This document shows positions 21,628 to 33,407 of a stretch of 64,000 nt of DNA, piece by piece. Position 1 is the first letter of the stretch; each line of letters starts with the position of its first letter. The position numbers and the translations under genes are program-made. This stretch comes from an uncultured Candidatus Rokubacteria bacterium (GTDB lineage: Bacteria; Methylomirabilota; Methylomirabilia; Rokubacteriales; CSP1-6), in the NCBI GenBank assembly GCA_963758635.1, contig CAVWWD010000008.1:1056001-1120000 (forward strand), given 5' to 3'. Below the pieces are notes generated by a model. It was not told where the DNA came from and did not search any database. It saw only the letters and a program-made list of their open reading frames with translations.

Positions 21628-22203
21628 ATGCGCGCGCCGGCCTTCCCGGCGCGCCCGGGCCGCCGCCAACGCGCCTCGCGGATCGTGACGGTGTCGTGCG
21701 CCGCCGTCCTCGCGGCGCTGGCCGTGGCCGTCGGCCCGACGGCGGCGCAGCCGGACGCGCGGCTCGATCTTGCCCGCGAGCTGTCGCGGCTGCTCGCCGA
21801 CGATCCCGCGCGGCAGGGCGTGGACGACCAGGTCGCGGCGAGCCTCGCCCGCGCCATCGCCGCCACGCTCCAGGACCGGCTCGGCCGGCGCCTCCTCGAT
21901 CTGGAATGGGAGATGCTGGGCGGCATCGTCCGGCGCTTCGTCCGGGAGACCCTCACGCCGGAGCGCACCGTGGACCTGGCGGCGTCGGTCTACGCGCGGC
22001 AGTTCGACGAGGCCGAGCTGCGCGAGCTGCTCGCGTTCCAGCGGTCGCCGCTCGGCCGGAAGGTCGCCCGCCTGACGCCCGACATCGCCCGGGAGACGGC
22101 GCTGGCGATCGACGCGGAGATCCGCCGGAGTCCGGCGATGCCGCGCCTGGTCGACGAGCTCCAGCGTGCGTTCCCCGTCCTCAGGTCGCCCGAGTCGCCC
22201 TGA
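21628..22203 (+). CDS. DUF2059-like exported protein
   Basis: Signal peptide; YARQFDEAELRELLAFQRSPLGRK. Confidence 0.75.
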   Translation: MRAPAFPARPGRRQRASRIVTVSCAAVLAALAVAVGPTAAQPDARLDLARELSRLLADDPARQGVDDQVAASLARAIAATLQDRLGRRLLDLEWEMLGGIVRRFVRETLTPERTVDLAASVYARQFDEAELRELLAFQRSPLGRKVARLTPDIARETALAIDAEIRRSPAMPRLVDELQRAFPVLRSPESP

Positions 22204-23114
22204 ACGGCCACCGTCGCCCCGCGAAGGCGCCGGCCAGCCCGCGCGGGAGCAGCAGCACGACCACGATCAGCGTCAGCCCCAGGCCGAGCATGTAGAAATA
22301 GCGGAAGCGCACGAGCAGGATCTCGCCCGCCAGCCCGAGGAACACGGCGCCGACGATGGGGCCCGCCACGGTGCCCGCGCCCCCGAGGAGCGCCATGATC
22401 ACGGTGGAGAACGAGACGAGCGGGTTGAACACCTGCGGGTCGACGTAGGTCCACCGCGGGGCCATCGCCGCCCCGACCGCCCCCATGTACGCGGCGCTCA
22501 GCGCGAAGGCCCCCACCTTCACCCGCGTGGTGTCGATGCCCAGCGTCTCCACGCGCTCCTCGTCGGCCCCGATCCCCACCAGCGCCAGGCCCCAGCGGGA
22601 GCGCCGCACCAGCACGGCGCCGCCCACGGCGAGGGCGGCGATGGCGAGCACGGTGTAGTACACGGTGAGCGGCCCCGGCGGCGCCAGGATCAGGCGCCCC
22701 ACGGTCCCGGTGATCCCGGTCTCGAACCAGATCAGCGTGTGCTTGGCCAGCTCGGCCAGCCCGAACGTGAACACCGCGAAGTACGGACCCCGGAGCCGGA
22801 GCGCGAGCACGCCCACCAGCAGGGCCATGAGCGCGGCCACCGCGGCGCCCGCGGCCACGGGCAGGGGCCAGGGGAGCCGGCCCACGAGCACGGCCGTCGC
22901 GTACGCGCCCGCGCCGAAGAAGGCGCCCGGTGGCGAGCGAGAGATAGCGGGTCGGCCCGGAGAACAGCGCCCACGCCACGGCCAGCGCGGTGTCGGCCAG
23001 GATCGCGAGCACGAGCGAGCGCGCGTACGCGCCGACGAGGAGCGGCGCCACGCCGAGCGCGGCGAGGACAGCGCCGGCGGCGGCGAGCCGGCCGCCGAGG
23101 CGCTCAGCGGCCAA
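22181..23114 (-). CDS. livM: branched-chain amino acid ABC permease LivM-like (frameshift near 22930)
   Basis: LRLRGPYFAVFT, MALLGGAGTVAGP. Confidence 0.82.
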
Positions 23115-23979
23115 GGAGGCCAGAAGGCTTGAGGACCAGGATCAGCGCGAGCACGAGGTACGAGGCGATCACGCGCACGTCGGAGGCGGCGAGGTGCACC
23201 GCCGCCGTCTCCACCACGCCGAGGAGCAGCCCGCCGAGCAGGCTTCCGAGCACGTTGCCGAGCCCACCCAGGATCACCACGACCAGCGCCGTCACCGTGT
23301 AGGGGAGCCCGATGAAGGGCGTCAGCTCGTAGAGCATGCTCACCAGCGACCCCGTCATCGCCGACATCGCGACGCCCGCGCCGAAGCACGCGGCGTGCAG
23401 GCGCGGCACGTTCACGCCGAGGAGCTGCGCGCCCTCCGGGTCCTGCATCAGCGCGCGAATCGCCTTGCCGGTGAGGGTCGCGCGGAGGAAGACGTAGAAG
23501 CCCAGCGTGAGGCCCAGCGCCACCGCCGCGGCCATGAGCCGGTTCGCGGGAAAGACCGACCCGAGCGCGCGCACCGGCACCGCGAGGTAGCTGTAGCCCG
23601 TGAGGTCGGCGCTCCAGATGAGGAGCGCCGTGTTCTGGAGCACGAAGAGGAGGCCGAACGACAGCAGGAGCGAGCGCGACTCGATGGCCTCGCGGCCCTC
23701 CTCGCTGGCGAGGGCGCGGGCGTAGAGGAGCCGGTGGAGCGCGAGGCCGACGGCGAACGCCGCCGGCCCGGTGACGATCAGCGTGGCCAGGGGGTTCAGC
23801 CCCCACGCGGTGTGCATCGCGTAGGTGGCGTAGGCGCCCACCATCAGGAACTCGCCATGGGCGACGTTCAGGATGCGCATCAGCCCGTACTGCAAATTGA
23901 GGCCGAGCGCGACCAGCGCGTAGATGCCGCCGATCATGAGGCCGCTCACGACAACGTCGACGAGGAGGACGAGCTTCAC
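23104..23979 (-). CDS. livH: branched-chain amino acid ABC permease LivH-like
   Basis: LNVAHGEF, GKAIRA, ILGGLG, KPSGL. Confidence 0.88.
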   Translation of the reverse strand: MKLVLLVDVVVSGLMIGGIYALVALGLNLQYGLMRILNVAHGEFLMVGAYATYAMHTAWGLNPLATLIVTGPAAFAVGLALHRLLYARALASEEGREAIESRSLLLSFGLLFVLQNTALLIWSADLTGYSYLAVPVRALGSVFPANRLMAAAVALGLTLGFYVFLRATLTGKAIRALMQDPEGAQLLGVNVPRLHAACFGAGVAMSAMTGSLVSMLYELTPFIGLPYTVTALVVVILGGLGNVLGSLLGGLLLGVVETAAVHLAASDVRVIASYLVLALILVLKPSGLLGR

Positions 23980-24007
23980 GCCGCGAGCGGGGCCGTCGGC
24001 CGCGGGA

Positions 24008-25217
24008 TCAGGCCCAGGCGGGCTTGGGCACCACCGCGCCGCCCGTGGCCGCGGCCTTCGGCCACACGAGCTCGAACTCGCCCTTCTGCCACTGGCCGAC
24101 CATGCCCGGGGTGGCGGTGTTCTCGCCCTTCACGAACTTGATCGGGCCGGCCACCGTCTGGAACTCGGTGGCGTCGAGCATGGCCTTGATCTTCGCGCGG
24201 TCCAGGCCCACCTCGCCCACGCACCGCTCCAGGATCTGGAGCGACGCGTACGCGAACGCGCTGGCCCAGCGGTCGGGCTCCTTCTGGTGCTTCTTCACGT
24301 GGGCGTCGTAGTACTCGCGCGCGCCCGCATGCTTCACCCGCGGGTTCCAGCCGCCGATGCCCATCACGCCCTCCGCGCCCTTGAAGCGGTCGCGGTAGAA
24401 GGGGAACGCCGTGCCCACGCCGGTGAAGAAGACCGGCGGGTTCCAGTCGACCTCCTTCGCCTGCGAGGTGACCAGGATGTTGTCCGGCGGGTAGGTGAGA
24501 CCGACGAACGCGTCGGCGCCCGCCGCCTTGAAGCCCTTGAGGACGGGCGAGAGGTCCTTGACGCCGAGCGGGTAGCTCTTCGTGTCCACCACCTCGAGGC
24601 CCGCGGCCTTGAAGGCGGGCGCGGTGGCGGTGTTCAGCTCGATGCCGAAGAGGTCGTTGACGTAGGCCACGGCGACCTTGGACACCTTGCCCTGGGCCTT
24701 GAGGTCGCGGAGCAGCGCGGCCACGGCCTGCATCTGGCCCTCGGGCTGCACGAGCATCGTGTAGAAGTAGGGCAGCGCCAGCTCCTTGAACTTTCCGGAG
24801 ATGGCGGTGGGACCGATGAGGGGGTAGCCGTGCTTGCTCGCCACCGGGCCGATGGCGAAGTTCATGGCCGAGCCCCAGGGCGGCAGCATGAGGTCCACCT
24901 TGTCGTCGGTGGCGAGCTTGTCGTAGAAGCGCACCGCCGTCTCGATCTCGCTCCGGTCGTCGATCGTGACGAACTCGACGGGCCGCCGCCCGCCCCCGGC
25001 CACCGCGAGGCCACCGCGCGCGTTGACCTGGTCCAGCCACAGCGTGTAGTTCGGGGCCTGCGTGATGCCCGCGCCCACCGCGTAGGGACCCGTGGCCGAC
25101 AGCGTGTAGCCGATCCGCACCGGCTTCGCCTGGCCGCGCCCCGGAACCGGCCGGAGCGCAAGGGCCGCGGCGCGCCGCCGCGGTGGTGCCGAGGAACGCG
25201 CGTCGCTTCATCGTCAT
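24008..25217 (-). CDS. LivK-type substrate-binding protein, Tat signal (frameshifts in leader)
   Basis: KRRAFL, RIGYTLSATG, VNARGG, DDRS, GQWQKG. Confidence 0.85.
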
Positions 25218-25335
25218 GGGGTAGCCTCCTGGCTCGCAGTAGTTGTCACGCGACGCGGACCTTGACCTCACCGTGCGGACCAACGCCGCGATTCCGCGTC
25301 CGCACGCGATGCCGTCGCGTCATCGAGTCTCACCG

Positions 25336-26052
25336 TCAGAGTGGTGCGGCCTCGCCGAGGTACGCGTCCTGGACGCGCGCGTCGCGTGACACCGCGTCGG
25401 GCGGGCCCTCGCAGATGATCTCGCCGTGATGGAGCACCATCACGCGCTCCGCCGTGCGCATCACCGCCTGCATCACGTGCTCGACCCAGAAGAGGCCGAT
25501 GCCCCGCTCGTCGCGAAGGCGGCGGAGCATGGCGGTGGCGCGCTCGACCTCGGACGGCGTCAGCCCGGCGAGGATCTCGTCGAGCAGGATCACGCGCGGC
25601 CCCACCGCGAGGGCCATGGCCAGCTCGAGCAGCTTGCGGCGGCCCAGGGTGAGGTGGCGCGCGGGCATTCGCGCCTGCTCGGACAGCTCGACCAGGGCGA
25701 GGAGCTCGGCCACGGAGCCGGCCGCCCGCGGGGCGAAGCGCGCCGCCGCGCCCACGTTCTCCTCGGCGGTGAGGTCCAGGAACGGCCGCGGGGTCTGGAA
25801 GGTGCGGCCGAGGCCGAGCCGGCTGATGCGATGGGCGGGAAGATCGGTGATCTCGCGCGCGGCCAGGCGGATCGAGCCGCTCGTCGGTCGGGTGAGGCCG
25901 CCAATCAGGTTGAACAGCGTGGTCTTGCCCGCGCCGTTCGGGCCGATGAGGGCCACGATCTCACCCTCGGCCACGCGGAAGCCCACGCGGGAGAGAACGG
26001 AGAGGCCGCCGAACCGCTTGCCGACATCCGTGCCCTCGAGGGTGACGGCCAT
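25336..26052 (-). CDS. livG: LivG-like ABC ATP-binding protein
   Basis: GPNGAGKTT, RTFQ, LLDE, VEH, AYLG. Confidence 0.9.
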   Translation of the reverse strand: MAVTLEGTDVGKRFGGLSVLSRVGFRVAEGEIVALIGPNGAGKTTLFNLIGGLTRPTSGSIRLAAREITDLPAHRISRLGLGRTFQTPRPFLDLTAEENVGAAARFAPRAAGSVAELLALVELSEQARMPARHLTLGRRKLLELAMALAVGPRVILLDEILAGLTPSEVERATAMLRRLRDERGIGLFWVEHVMQAVMRTAERVMVLHHGEIICEGPPDAVSRDARVQDAYLGEAAPL

Positions 26053-26164
26053 GAGCGTCTCCCTTAGACCACACGGCCCCGGGCGTGTCAACGCTCGGAG
26101 GCCCGGAGAGCGCCTGGCCACGGCGCCCCTGTGGTAGCATCACCGGCCGGGAGGACCGAGACCG

Positions 26165-26419
26165 ATGCATCCGCCGATCTTCTTCGACCCGGCCTTCGTG
26201 GCCAACATCATCCTGGGCTACCTGCTCACGCTGGTGGGCGTGGGGATCCTGCTGCTGGCCGGCGTGTGGTGGGCCTGGAACAGCGACACCTCGCAGACGA
26301 GCCCGTCGTCGGGCGCGTGGCGCGCCCTCTGCATGCTGGGGTGGGGCGTCTTCACCGCGGGCTGGGTGTGGCAGATCGTGGGCTACGTGCGCACCAGCAC
26401 GGTGACGTGGAGTCCCTGA
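26165..26419 (+). CDS. small two-TM membrane protein
   Basis: 84 aa, two hydrophobic segments, GGAGG RBS, TGGTAGCAT extended -10 upstream. Confidence 0.65.
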   Translation: MHPPIFFDPAFVANIILGYLLTLVGVGILLLAGVWWAWNSDTSQTSPSSGAWRALCMLGWGVFTAGWVWQIVGYVRTSTVTWSP

Positions 26420-26431
26420 GGCGCGTCTTCC

Positions 26432-27520
26432 TCAGCCGTTCCTGAGCGCGGCGAGCGCCGCCGCGCAGAATCCCTTCGTCGTCCCGCTCCCGCCCTGGTC
26501 GGGCGTGAGCGCCTTCCCGTCCCGATAGACGCGCGCCACCGCCGCCTCGAGCCGCACCGCCTCGTCGGGCAGCCCCATGTGGTCGAGCATCATCGAGGCG
26601 GACAGGAGCGTCGCGGTGGGATTGGCGATGCCGCGTCCGGCGATGTCCGGGGCCGAGCCGTGCACGGACTCGAAGTACGCCCAGCCCTCACCGAAGCACC
26701 CCGAGGGCGCCAGGCCGAGGCCGCCCGCCACCTCCGCGGCCAGGTCGGACAGGATGTCGCCGTAGAGGTTCATGCAGAGCACGACGTTCCATCGACTGCG
26801 GGAAGCGCACGATCCGGCGCGCCCCGTCGTCCACGTGGAAGTGCTCCCACGCGAGGCCGGCGCCCTTGACCACGTCCTCCGCCACCTGCTGGAAGAAGCC
26901 GTCGCTGCGCGGCAAGACGTTGGACTTGGTGATGCAGGTGACCTTGCCGGGACGTCGCGCGCCTGTCGCCGGCGCGCGAGGTCGCAGGCGAAGCGCGCGA
27001 TCCGCTCCACTCCGGGGCGCGTGACGACCTTCACCGCGAAGCGCCCATCGCCGAACTCGCTCACCCGCTTGCCGGTCCGGTCCTGGAGGTCCGGCATGGC
27101 GCGGGTCAGGTCGGCGAGCTCGCCCTCGCGCCCGGGGTAGAGCCCCTCGGAGTTCTCGCGCAAGATCACGAGGTCGATGCCCTCGGGCCGCGCCAGCGGC
27201 GTCGCCACGCCCGGGTAGTGCTTCACCGGACGGACCCCCGCGAAGGCGCCCTGCTGCCAGCGGAGCCACGTCACCACCGCGGTGGACGCCCCGCCGCCCG
27301 CGGCGCCGAACAGCACGCCGTCGGCCTCGCGGCACAGCTGCTTGGTCTCGTCGGGCATGGGCGCGCCGTGGCTCTTCACCGCGGCTTCGGCGTGGGGCGG
27401 GGTGAGGATCTCGACGGGGAACCCCGCGGCCACGAGCAGCTCGCACGTGGCGTCGACCACCTCGACCCCGATGCCGACGCCGCCGAGCGCGACGACGCGC
27501 TTCCGGGCTGGCGCGCTCAT
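26432..27520 (-). CDS. isocitrate/isopropylmalate dehydrogenase family (two compensating frameshifts)
   Basis: [37 protein letters not shown]. Confidence 0.88.
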   Translation of the reverse strand: MSAPARKRVVALGGVGIGVEVVDATCELLVAAGFPVEILTPPHAEAAVKSHGAPMPDETKQLCREADGVLFGAAGGGASTAVVTWLRWQQGAFAGVRPVKHYPGVATPLARPEGIDLVILRENSEGLYPGREGELADLTRAMPDLQDRTGKRVSEFGDGRFAVKVVTRPGVERIARFACDLARRRQARDVPARSPASPSPTSCRAATASSSRWRRTWSRAPASRGSTSTWTTGRAGSCASRSRWNVVLCMNLYGDILSDLAAEVAGGLGLAPSGCFGEGWAYFESVHGSAPDIAGRGIANPTATLLSASMMLDHMGLPDEAVRLEAAVARVYRDGKALTPDQGGSGTTKGFCAAALAALRNG

Positions 27521-27898
27521 GCCGGCCCGAAGCCGACGAGGGTCTGCTCGCCGGTGGCGATGGGGCGGAACCGCACGGGCAGGCCGATGCGCAGCGACTC
27601 GAGGGGGATGTCCACGACGCGCCCGAGGAGCGACACGCCCTCGCGGAGCTGCACCACCGCCACCGCGTACGGGCGCCTCCTCGGCGCGGCCGCGCGGCGG
27701 GACCCGGATCACCGTGAAGGAGGCGATGGCGCCGTCGCCGGCCAGCGGCACCTGGGTCCAGGCGCGCTTGCCGCACGCGGCGCACAGCTCCTTCGGGGGG
27801 ATCGCGATCTCGCCGCACTCGCAGCGGATGCCGGTGAGCCGGCCCGCGCGCGCCTCCTCGAAGAAGCTCTTGAGGGTGACCACCGGCGCTTCAGTCAC
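27517..27898 (-). CDS. DUF35 Zn-ribbon/OB-fold protein (frameshift near 27670)
   Basis: CECG...CAACG, SFTVI, Y.VAVVQLREG; coupled to thiolase. Confidence 0.8.
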
Positions 27899-29046
27899 GG
27901 CCGAAGAGGCTCACCAGCACGGTGGCGGCGTTGCCGCCCAGGGTGTGGGTGAGGCCGACGCGCGCGCCACCGACCTGGCGCGGGCCCGCCTCGCCGCGGA
28001 GCTGGGTGACGATCTCCGCGATCTGGGCGGCGCCGGTGGCGCCGATCGGATGCCCCTTGGCCTTGAGCCCGCCCGAGGGGTTCACGGGGATCTTGCCTCC
28101 GAGGCTCGTCCAGCCCTTCTCGGCGGCGAGCCCGCCCGCGCCGGGCTCGAAGAGGCCGAGCCCTTCCGTCGCCACGATCTCGGCGATCGTGAAGCAGTCG
28201 TGGAGCTCGACCACGTCGAGGTCCTGGGGGCCCTTGCCGGCCTGCCGGTACGCGGCCTGGGCCGCCCGCTCGGTGGCGGTGACGCGCGAGAGGTCGCGCT
28301 TCTCGTGCATGAACATCGTGTCCGACGCCGCCGCCGACGCGAGCACCCAGATCGGCCGCGGCAGCGTGCGCGCGACGTCCTCCGAGGCGAGCACCAGGGC
28401 GGCGCCGCCGTCGGTGAACGGGCAGCAGTCGTAGAGCTTGAGCGGATCGGCGACGTACGCGCTCTTGAGCACGGTCTCGAGCGTGATCTCCTTGCGGAAC
28501 TGCGCCTTCGGGTTCAGCGACGCCGTGCCGGTGGTTCTTCACGGCCACGTGCGCCATCTGCTCTTCGGTGGTGCCGTGCTTGTCCATGTGGGCGCGGGCG
28601 ATCAGCGCGAACACGCCGGGGAACGTGAGCCCGAGCGGCTGCTCCAGGGAGGCGTCCGAGCAGTACGCGAAGTACTCGGTCGCATGGTCCGTGGGGATGT
28701 TCAGCACGCGCTCGGCCCCGCCCACCAGCACCACGTCGGAGACACCCGAGGCCACCTCCATCACCGCGTGCCGGAACGCGGAGTGGCTGGTCGCGCAGGC
28801 GGTCTCGAAGCGCGTGGTGGGGATCGTGGGCAGGCCGAGGAGGGTGGCGGCCAGCGGGCCCATGTGGAGCTGGCGCTCGCTCTCGCCGCCGGTCACGTTG
28901 CCGTAGTAGAGCGCCTGGATCCGGGACGGCGCGATGCCCGCGTCCTCGATGGCCTCGCGCGCCGCCTCCGCGAAGAGCTGGGCGCTCGGCCGATCGTGCT
29001 TGCCGAACTTCGTGACGCCGACTCCGACGACGGCGACACGGCGCAT
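27891..29046 (-). CDS. thiolase (SCP2/acetyl-CoA acetyltransferase type; frameshift near 28520)
   Basis: ETACAT, DCCPFTDG, ELHDCF, NPSGGLKAKGHPIGATG. Confidence 0.9.
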
Positions 29047-29183
29047 GCGGATCTCCTCGATGCGGGAAGGGTGGGTACGCGGCCCATGATAACGGGCCGC
29101 GTCAGGAACTCAAAGCCTCCATCCCCTCGCGGTTTTTTGCGACGGGGCGGACCGCGTGCTAGCGTGGCCGAAGGGAGGAGCCG

Positions 29184-31020
29184 GTGCACATCGACGACAG
29201 CCTGGTTTACCTGCTCGCCCTCGTGACGGTGGCCGTCCTGATGGTCGGGCTCGCGCAAGCGCTCCAGGGCCCGCCGACGTCCCGGGAGCAGAGGCGGCAG
29301 GCGATGCTCGCGTCGCATCGCCGCTCTCCGGGACTGCTCATCGGCACGTTCGCGCCACCTCCCGCCGAGAAGCTTTCCGATCTCATGCTGTCCCCGGTCG
29401 CCCGCGACGCGATGGAGACCGCGGGCGCTCCGGTCGGCCGCATGCCGGCGGCCGCGCCCGCCGAGCCGATCACGCCCCGAGCTGATCACGCTCGCCGAGC
29501 CGATCACGCGGCTCGAGCCCGAGCCCGCGCCGGCCGTTTCCGAGGCCGAGCCCGTGCCCGTGGACGCGGTCCTGGCCATCCTGGCCACGGACGCGCCGGC
29601 CCCGGCCGCCGACGCGACGAGCCCGAACGAGAGCATCCCGCTCGATGCGATGCCCGCGCTCGTTGCGCTCACGGCGGAGTTCGCGCGGCCCGACGCGGTC
29701 GTCGCGCTGGATGCGCTGCCGGAACCCGAGGCGCTCGCGGTGGTCGCCCCGAGCGCGGAGGCCGCCGCCGCCGCGGATCTCGCGCTCCCGGAGACGATCG
29801 TCGCCGCCGCGGCGCCGGAGCCCGCCCTGGCCGATGTCGCCCCGCCGGTCGCGGCGGCCGCCGTCGGCACGCCGGCGGCGCTCGACGCGAGCGAGATCGC
29901 CGATGTCCCGCAGTGCCTCCGCGCATACGAGGCCGGCGCGCACACGGCGGTGGGCCAGGCGGCGACCCGGCTGGCGCGGACGCGCTCCGGCGCCAGGCGC
30001 GCGCGGAAGTCGGTCGCTCCGCCTGTGCCGGGCGAGCAGGTCGCACTCTGGGCCATCCTCGGACTCTCGCGCCGCGCCCTGGGCGAGGCGGCGGGCGCCC
30101 GCGCGGCGTTCGACTCGGCCACGCGGTGGCTGCCCGACGTCAAGCCGCCCGACATCCCCGCGGCCGTGGTCGACGCGGCGCCCGTGCTCGGACGGCACCT
30201 GCTGCTCGCCGGCGAGGACGGCGCCGCCGCACCCGAGGCGCGCCACCTGGCCCTGCGTCTCGCCACCGCATGTCTCGAGTGGGGGACGGCCGGCGCCGCC
30301 TCCGACGGCCTCGCCGCCCTCGTCTCGCGCGCCCGCGACACGTTCGCCGCGGCGAGCGAGCAGCGCATCGTCGAGTTGCTCGGCCGGCGCGACTTCACCG
30401 CGGCCCAGCGCCTCGTCCGGGAGACGCTCGGCTCGCCGCTGGTCGGCGACGAGCGGCGCGACGCCTTCCGCGACCTCCTCTGGACCACGCTCACCGCCGA
30501 GGTGGACCGGCTGGTGGGCGAGGCGCGCGAGGGCCGGCGCGCCGCCGATCCCCTGAAGGGCCTGGCCGCGGCCGCGGCCGTCGTGGCCGCCATCCCCGCC
30601 GACCTGGTGGGCGCGGCCCGCCGCGAGGACCTGGCGCGGCGCGTATGGGCGGGGCACATGAAGCTCGGGCTCGCTCGCGCGGAGCGAGGAGATCTGGACG
30701 GGGCGATGGCGCCGCTCATCCAGGCAGTCGAGACCTCGGGAGTGGATCCGGACCGCCATGCCGAGGCTCGCGCGGCCCTCGCCCGCACGGTCGGGGTCCT
30801 CGTGGAGCGCCTCGGCGCGGAGAGCCTCACCGAGCTGCGTGAGGGGGACCTGGACGCGGCGCTCGCCGCCTCGCGACGGCTCAGCGAGGTGCTGGACCTG
30901 GCGCTGGAGCGAGGGTTGTCACCGGAAGACCTGCGCGCCTCCCTCGAGCGGCGGCAGGACGTGCTGCTGTCGATCGCCGAGGGCCGGACGCCCTCGCGCG
31001 ACGGCTACTCGACGACCTGA
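29184..31020 (+). CDS. membrane-anchored hypothetical protein with Ala/Pro linker and TPR-like C-terminus (frameshift near 29480)
   Basis: N-terminal TM after GGAGGAG RBS, EPIT repeats, helical C-terminus in ORF 29554..31020. Confidence 0.6.
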
Positions 31021-31030
31021 CGCTGGCGAC

Positions 31031-31107
31031 CTCGCAGAATACGGTAACGCCACGGGCCCCTATAGTCCCACCGCTCGGCATTAGTCTGATGCGCGAGGCT
31101 CACTAGC
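31031..31107 (-). repeat. dispersed ~78-bp element B, copy 1
   Basis: Reverse complement matches 45902-45979 with 7 mismatches and 1 gap. Confidence 0.85.
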
Positions 31108-31127
31108 TCGACGGCCTGACGGGCCGG

Positions 31128-32182
31128 CTACTCGACCGACCGGCGGCGAATCTCCTCGAACACCTCGAGCGGCACCGTCCCGAAGCTCGTCACCACCGCG
31201 GGGTCGAAGTGCGTGCCCGCGCAGCGCTGGATCTCGGTCCGCGCGTCCTCGAAGGAGATGGCGCGCGAGTAGGGCCGGTCGAACGTCATGGCGTCGAAGG
31301 CGTCGGCCACCGCGAAGATGCGCGCGCCGAGCGGGACGTCCTCGCCGCGGAGCCCCTCCGGGTAGCCGGTGCCGTCCCAGCGCTCGTGATGGTGGTAGAC
31401 GATGGGAACGGCCCCGCGCAGGAACGGGATCTGCTCGATCATGGCCCGCCCGAGCTCCGGATGCGTCCGCATGATCTTCCACTCCGCCGGCGTGAGCGGG
31501 CCCGGCTTGAGCAGGATCGCGTCGGGGATCCCGATCTTGCCGATGTCGTGGAGCAGCACCCCGTGCTCGACGTCGCGGAGGTCCGCGGCGGGCACGCCGT
31601 GGACGCGCGCGATGGCGAGCGAGTAGCCGCGCACGCGCCGCGAGTGGGCATGGGTGCCGAGGTCGCGCGTGTCGATGGCCGAGCCGAGGGCCTCCAGCGT
31701 GCTGCGGTACGTGTCCTCGAGCTGGTTGAGGGTGGCGGCGAGATCCGGGTGGCCTCCTCGACCCGGCGCTCGAGGAGGGCGTGGTACTCGCGCCGCTCCA
31801 GGACGAGCTGCCGGTGCTCGACGGCGCGCTCCGCGGCGATGAGCAGCTCGTCCATGTTCACCGGCTTCAGGATGAAGTCGTACGCGCCGAACTTGAGCGC
31901 CTCCACCGCGGTGGGCACGTCGCCGACGCCGGTGAGCACGAGGACGGCGGCGTCGGGCTCCATGGCGCGCGCCTGCTTGAGGAACGTGAGGCCGTCCATC
32001 ACCGGCATGTTCACGTCGGTCACGGTGAGCGGCGGGCGCTCGGCGTCGAAGGTCTCGAGGCCCTCGCGGCCGTTGGCGGCGACCAGGCACGTGTAGCCGC
32101 TGGACCGGAAGAACTCGTTCAGCACGCGCCGGATCTGGCGGTCGTCGTCCACGATCAGCACGCGGCGGTCGGTCTGGGCCAC
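31128..32182 (-). CDS. REC + HD-GYP c-di-GMP phosphodiesterase (frameshift near 31745)
   Basis: LIVDDD, TDVNMP, HDIGKIG, HHERWDGTGYP. Confidence 0.9.
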
Positions 32183-32183
32183 G

Positions 32184-33140
32184 TCACCGGCCTCCGGCCC
32201 GGCCGGGCAGGCTCGCGGGCGCGGTGTCCTCGAACACCGAGACGCGGTTCTTGCCCGCGCGCTTGGCCGCGTACAGGGCCTCGTCGGCGGCGCGGATGAG
32301 GTCGTCGGCGGCGGGCGTCACGTCCTCGGGCAGCGAGGCGATGCCGAAGCTCGCGGTGAGCGGCCGCCCGTGCGCGAAGGGATGGCGCGACAGCACGTGG
32401 CGGATGCGGTCCGCGTAGAGCCGGGCGCCGTCCTTCGACGTCTCGACCAGCAGCACGATGAACTCGTCGCCCCCGTAGCGGCAGATCACGTTGATGCCGC
32501 GCGAGTAGCGCATCAGGATCTCCGCCATGTCGCGCAGCGTCTCGTCGCCGGCGGCGTGGCCGAGGTCGTCGTTGATGGCCTTGAAGCCGTCCAGGTCCAG
32601 CAGCACGACGGACACCGGATGGTTGAACCGGCGGTACCGCGAGACCTCTTCCTCGAGGCGGATCGTGAAGAAGCGCCGGTTGTAGAGCCCGGTCACGTCG
32701 TCCTTGAACGAGAACTCCTTGAGCCGCGCGTTGGCGAACTCGAGCTCGGAGTAGGCGGCGTCGAGCCGGCGCGCGAACCGATCGACGTCCGCCGCCTGCT
32801 GCTCGATCGTGGCGAGCGTGCGGGAGAACCCCGCGAGGAGGCCGCGTGTCTCGTCGGCCTCGTCATCGGCAGGATCGCGCGGCGTGGCCGGCGCTCCGGC
32901 CCGGCCGGGACGGGCACGGGAAGGGGTTTGACGGCGCGGCTGCCCCCGACGATGCCGGCTCCGACCAGCAGGAGGAGCAGCGCCTGGAGCCAGGCCGGCA
33001 GGGGCAGGAACGGGAGCACGCCGAGAAGGGACAGCGCGCACCAGGCCCAGCGCCACCAGAGAGGACGTCAGGAGCAGGCCCAGACCACGGCTCGCCCGCT
33101 TCTGCGCCGCCTCTTTCCGGCCCGCCCTGTCCATGGCCAT
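32184..33140 (-). CDS. membrane diguanylate cyclase (GGDEF; frameshifts in N-terminus)
   Basis: DVTGLYNRR, DLDGFKAIND, RYGGDEF, AKRAGKN. Confidence 0.9.
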   Translation of the reverse strand: MAMDRAGRKEAAQKRASRGLGLLLTSSLVALGLVRAVPSRRAPVPAPAGLAPGAAPPAGRSRHRRGQPRRQTPSRARPGRAGAPATPRDPADDEADETRGLLAGFSRTLATIEQQAADVDRFARRLDAAYSELEFANARLKEFSFKDDVTGLYNRRFFTIRLEEEVSRYRRFNHPVSVVLLDLDGFKAINDDLGHAAGDETLRDMAEILMRYSRGINVICRYGGDEFIVLLVETSKDGARLYADRIRHVLSRHPFAHGRPLTASFGIASLPEDVTPAADDLIRAADEALYAAKRAGKNRVSVFEDTAPASLPGRAGGR

Positions 33141-33407
33141 CCGAGCGTGTCTCCCGTCCCCGTTGATCGTCGTCACCGGCCCAGGATAGCGGACAGGATC
33201 GTCCGCGACGCCACGATCCCGTACCGCCGGTGGTCCGGCCGACTCCGGTTCGACGGCGAGCATTATTCGGTGCCGCTCGCGGGAGTGTCAAGCCGGGCGT
33301 GGTTGACTGCGCTTCGCGCGCTGGAGTAGGGTTAGCGCGACCTATGCAGAACGGGCTCAGCGGACCAACGGTCGTCGCGTTCACTCGCGAATGATGCGGA
33401 CCGACCG

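Noticed and set aside
29455..29510. Tandem CCGAGCCGATCACGC repeats
   Set aside because: Coding EPIT/ELIT linker repeats, not a DNA element
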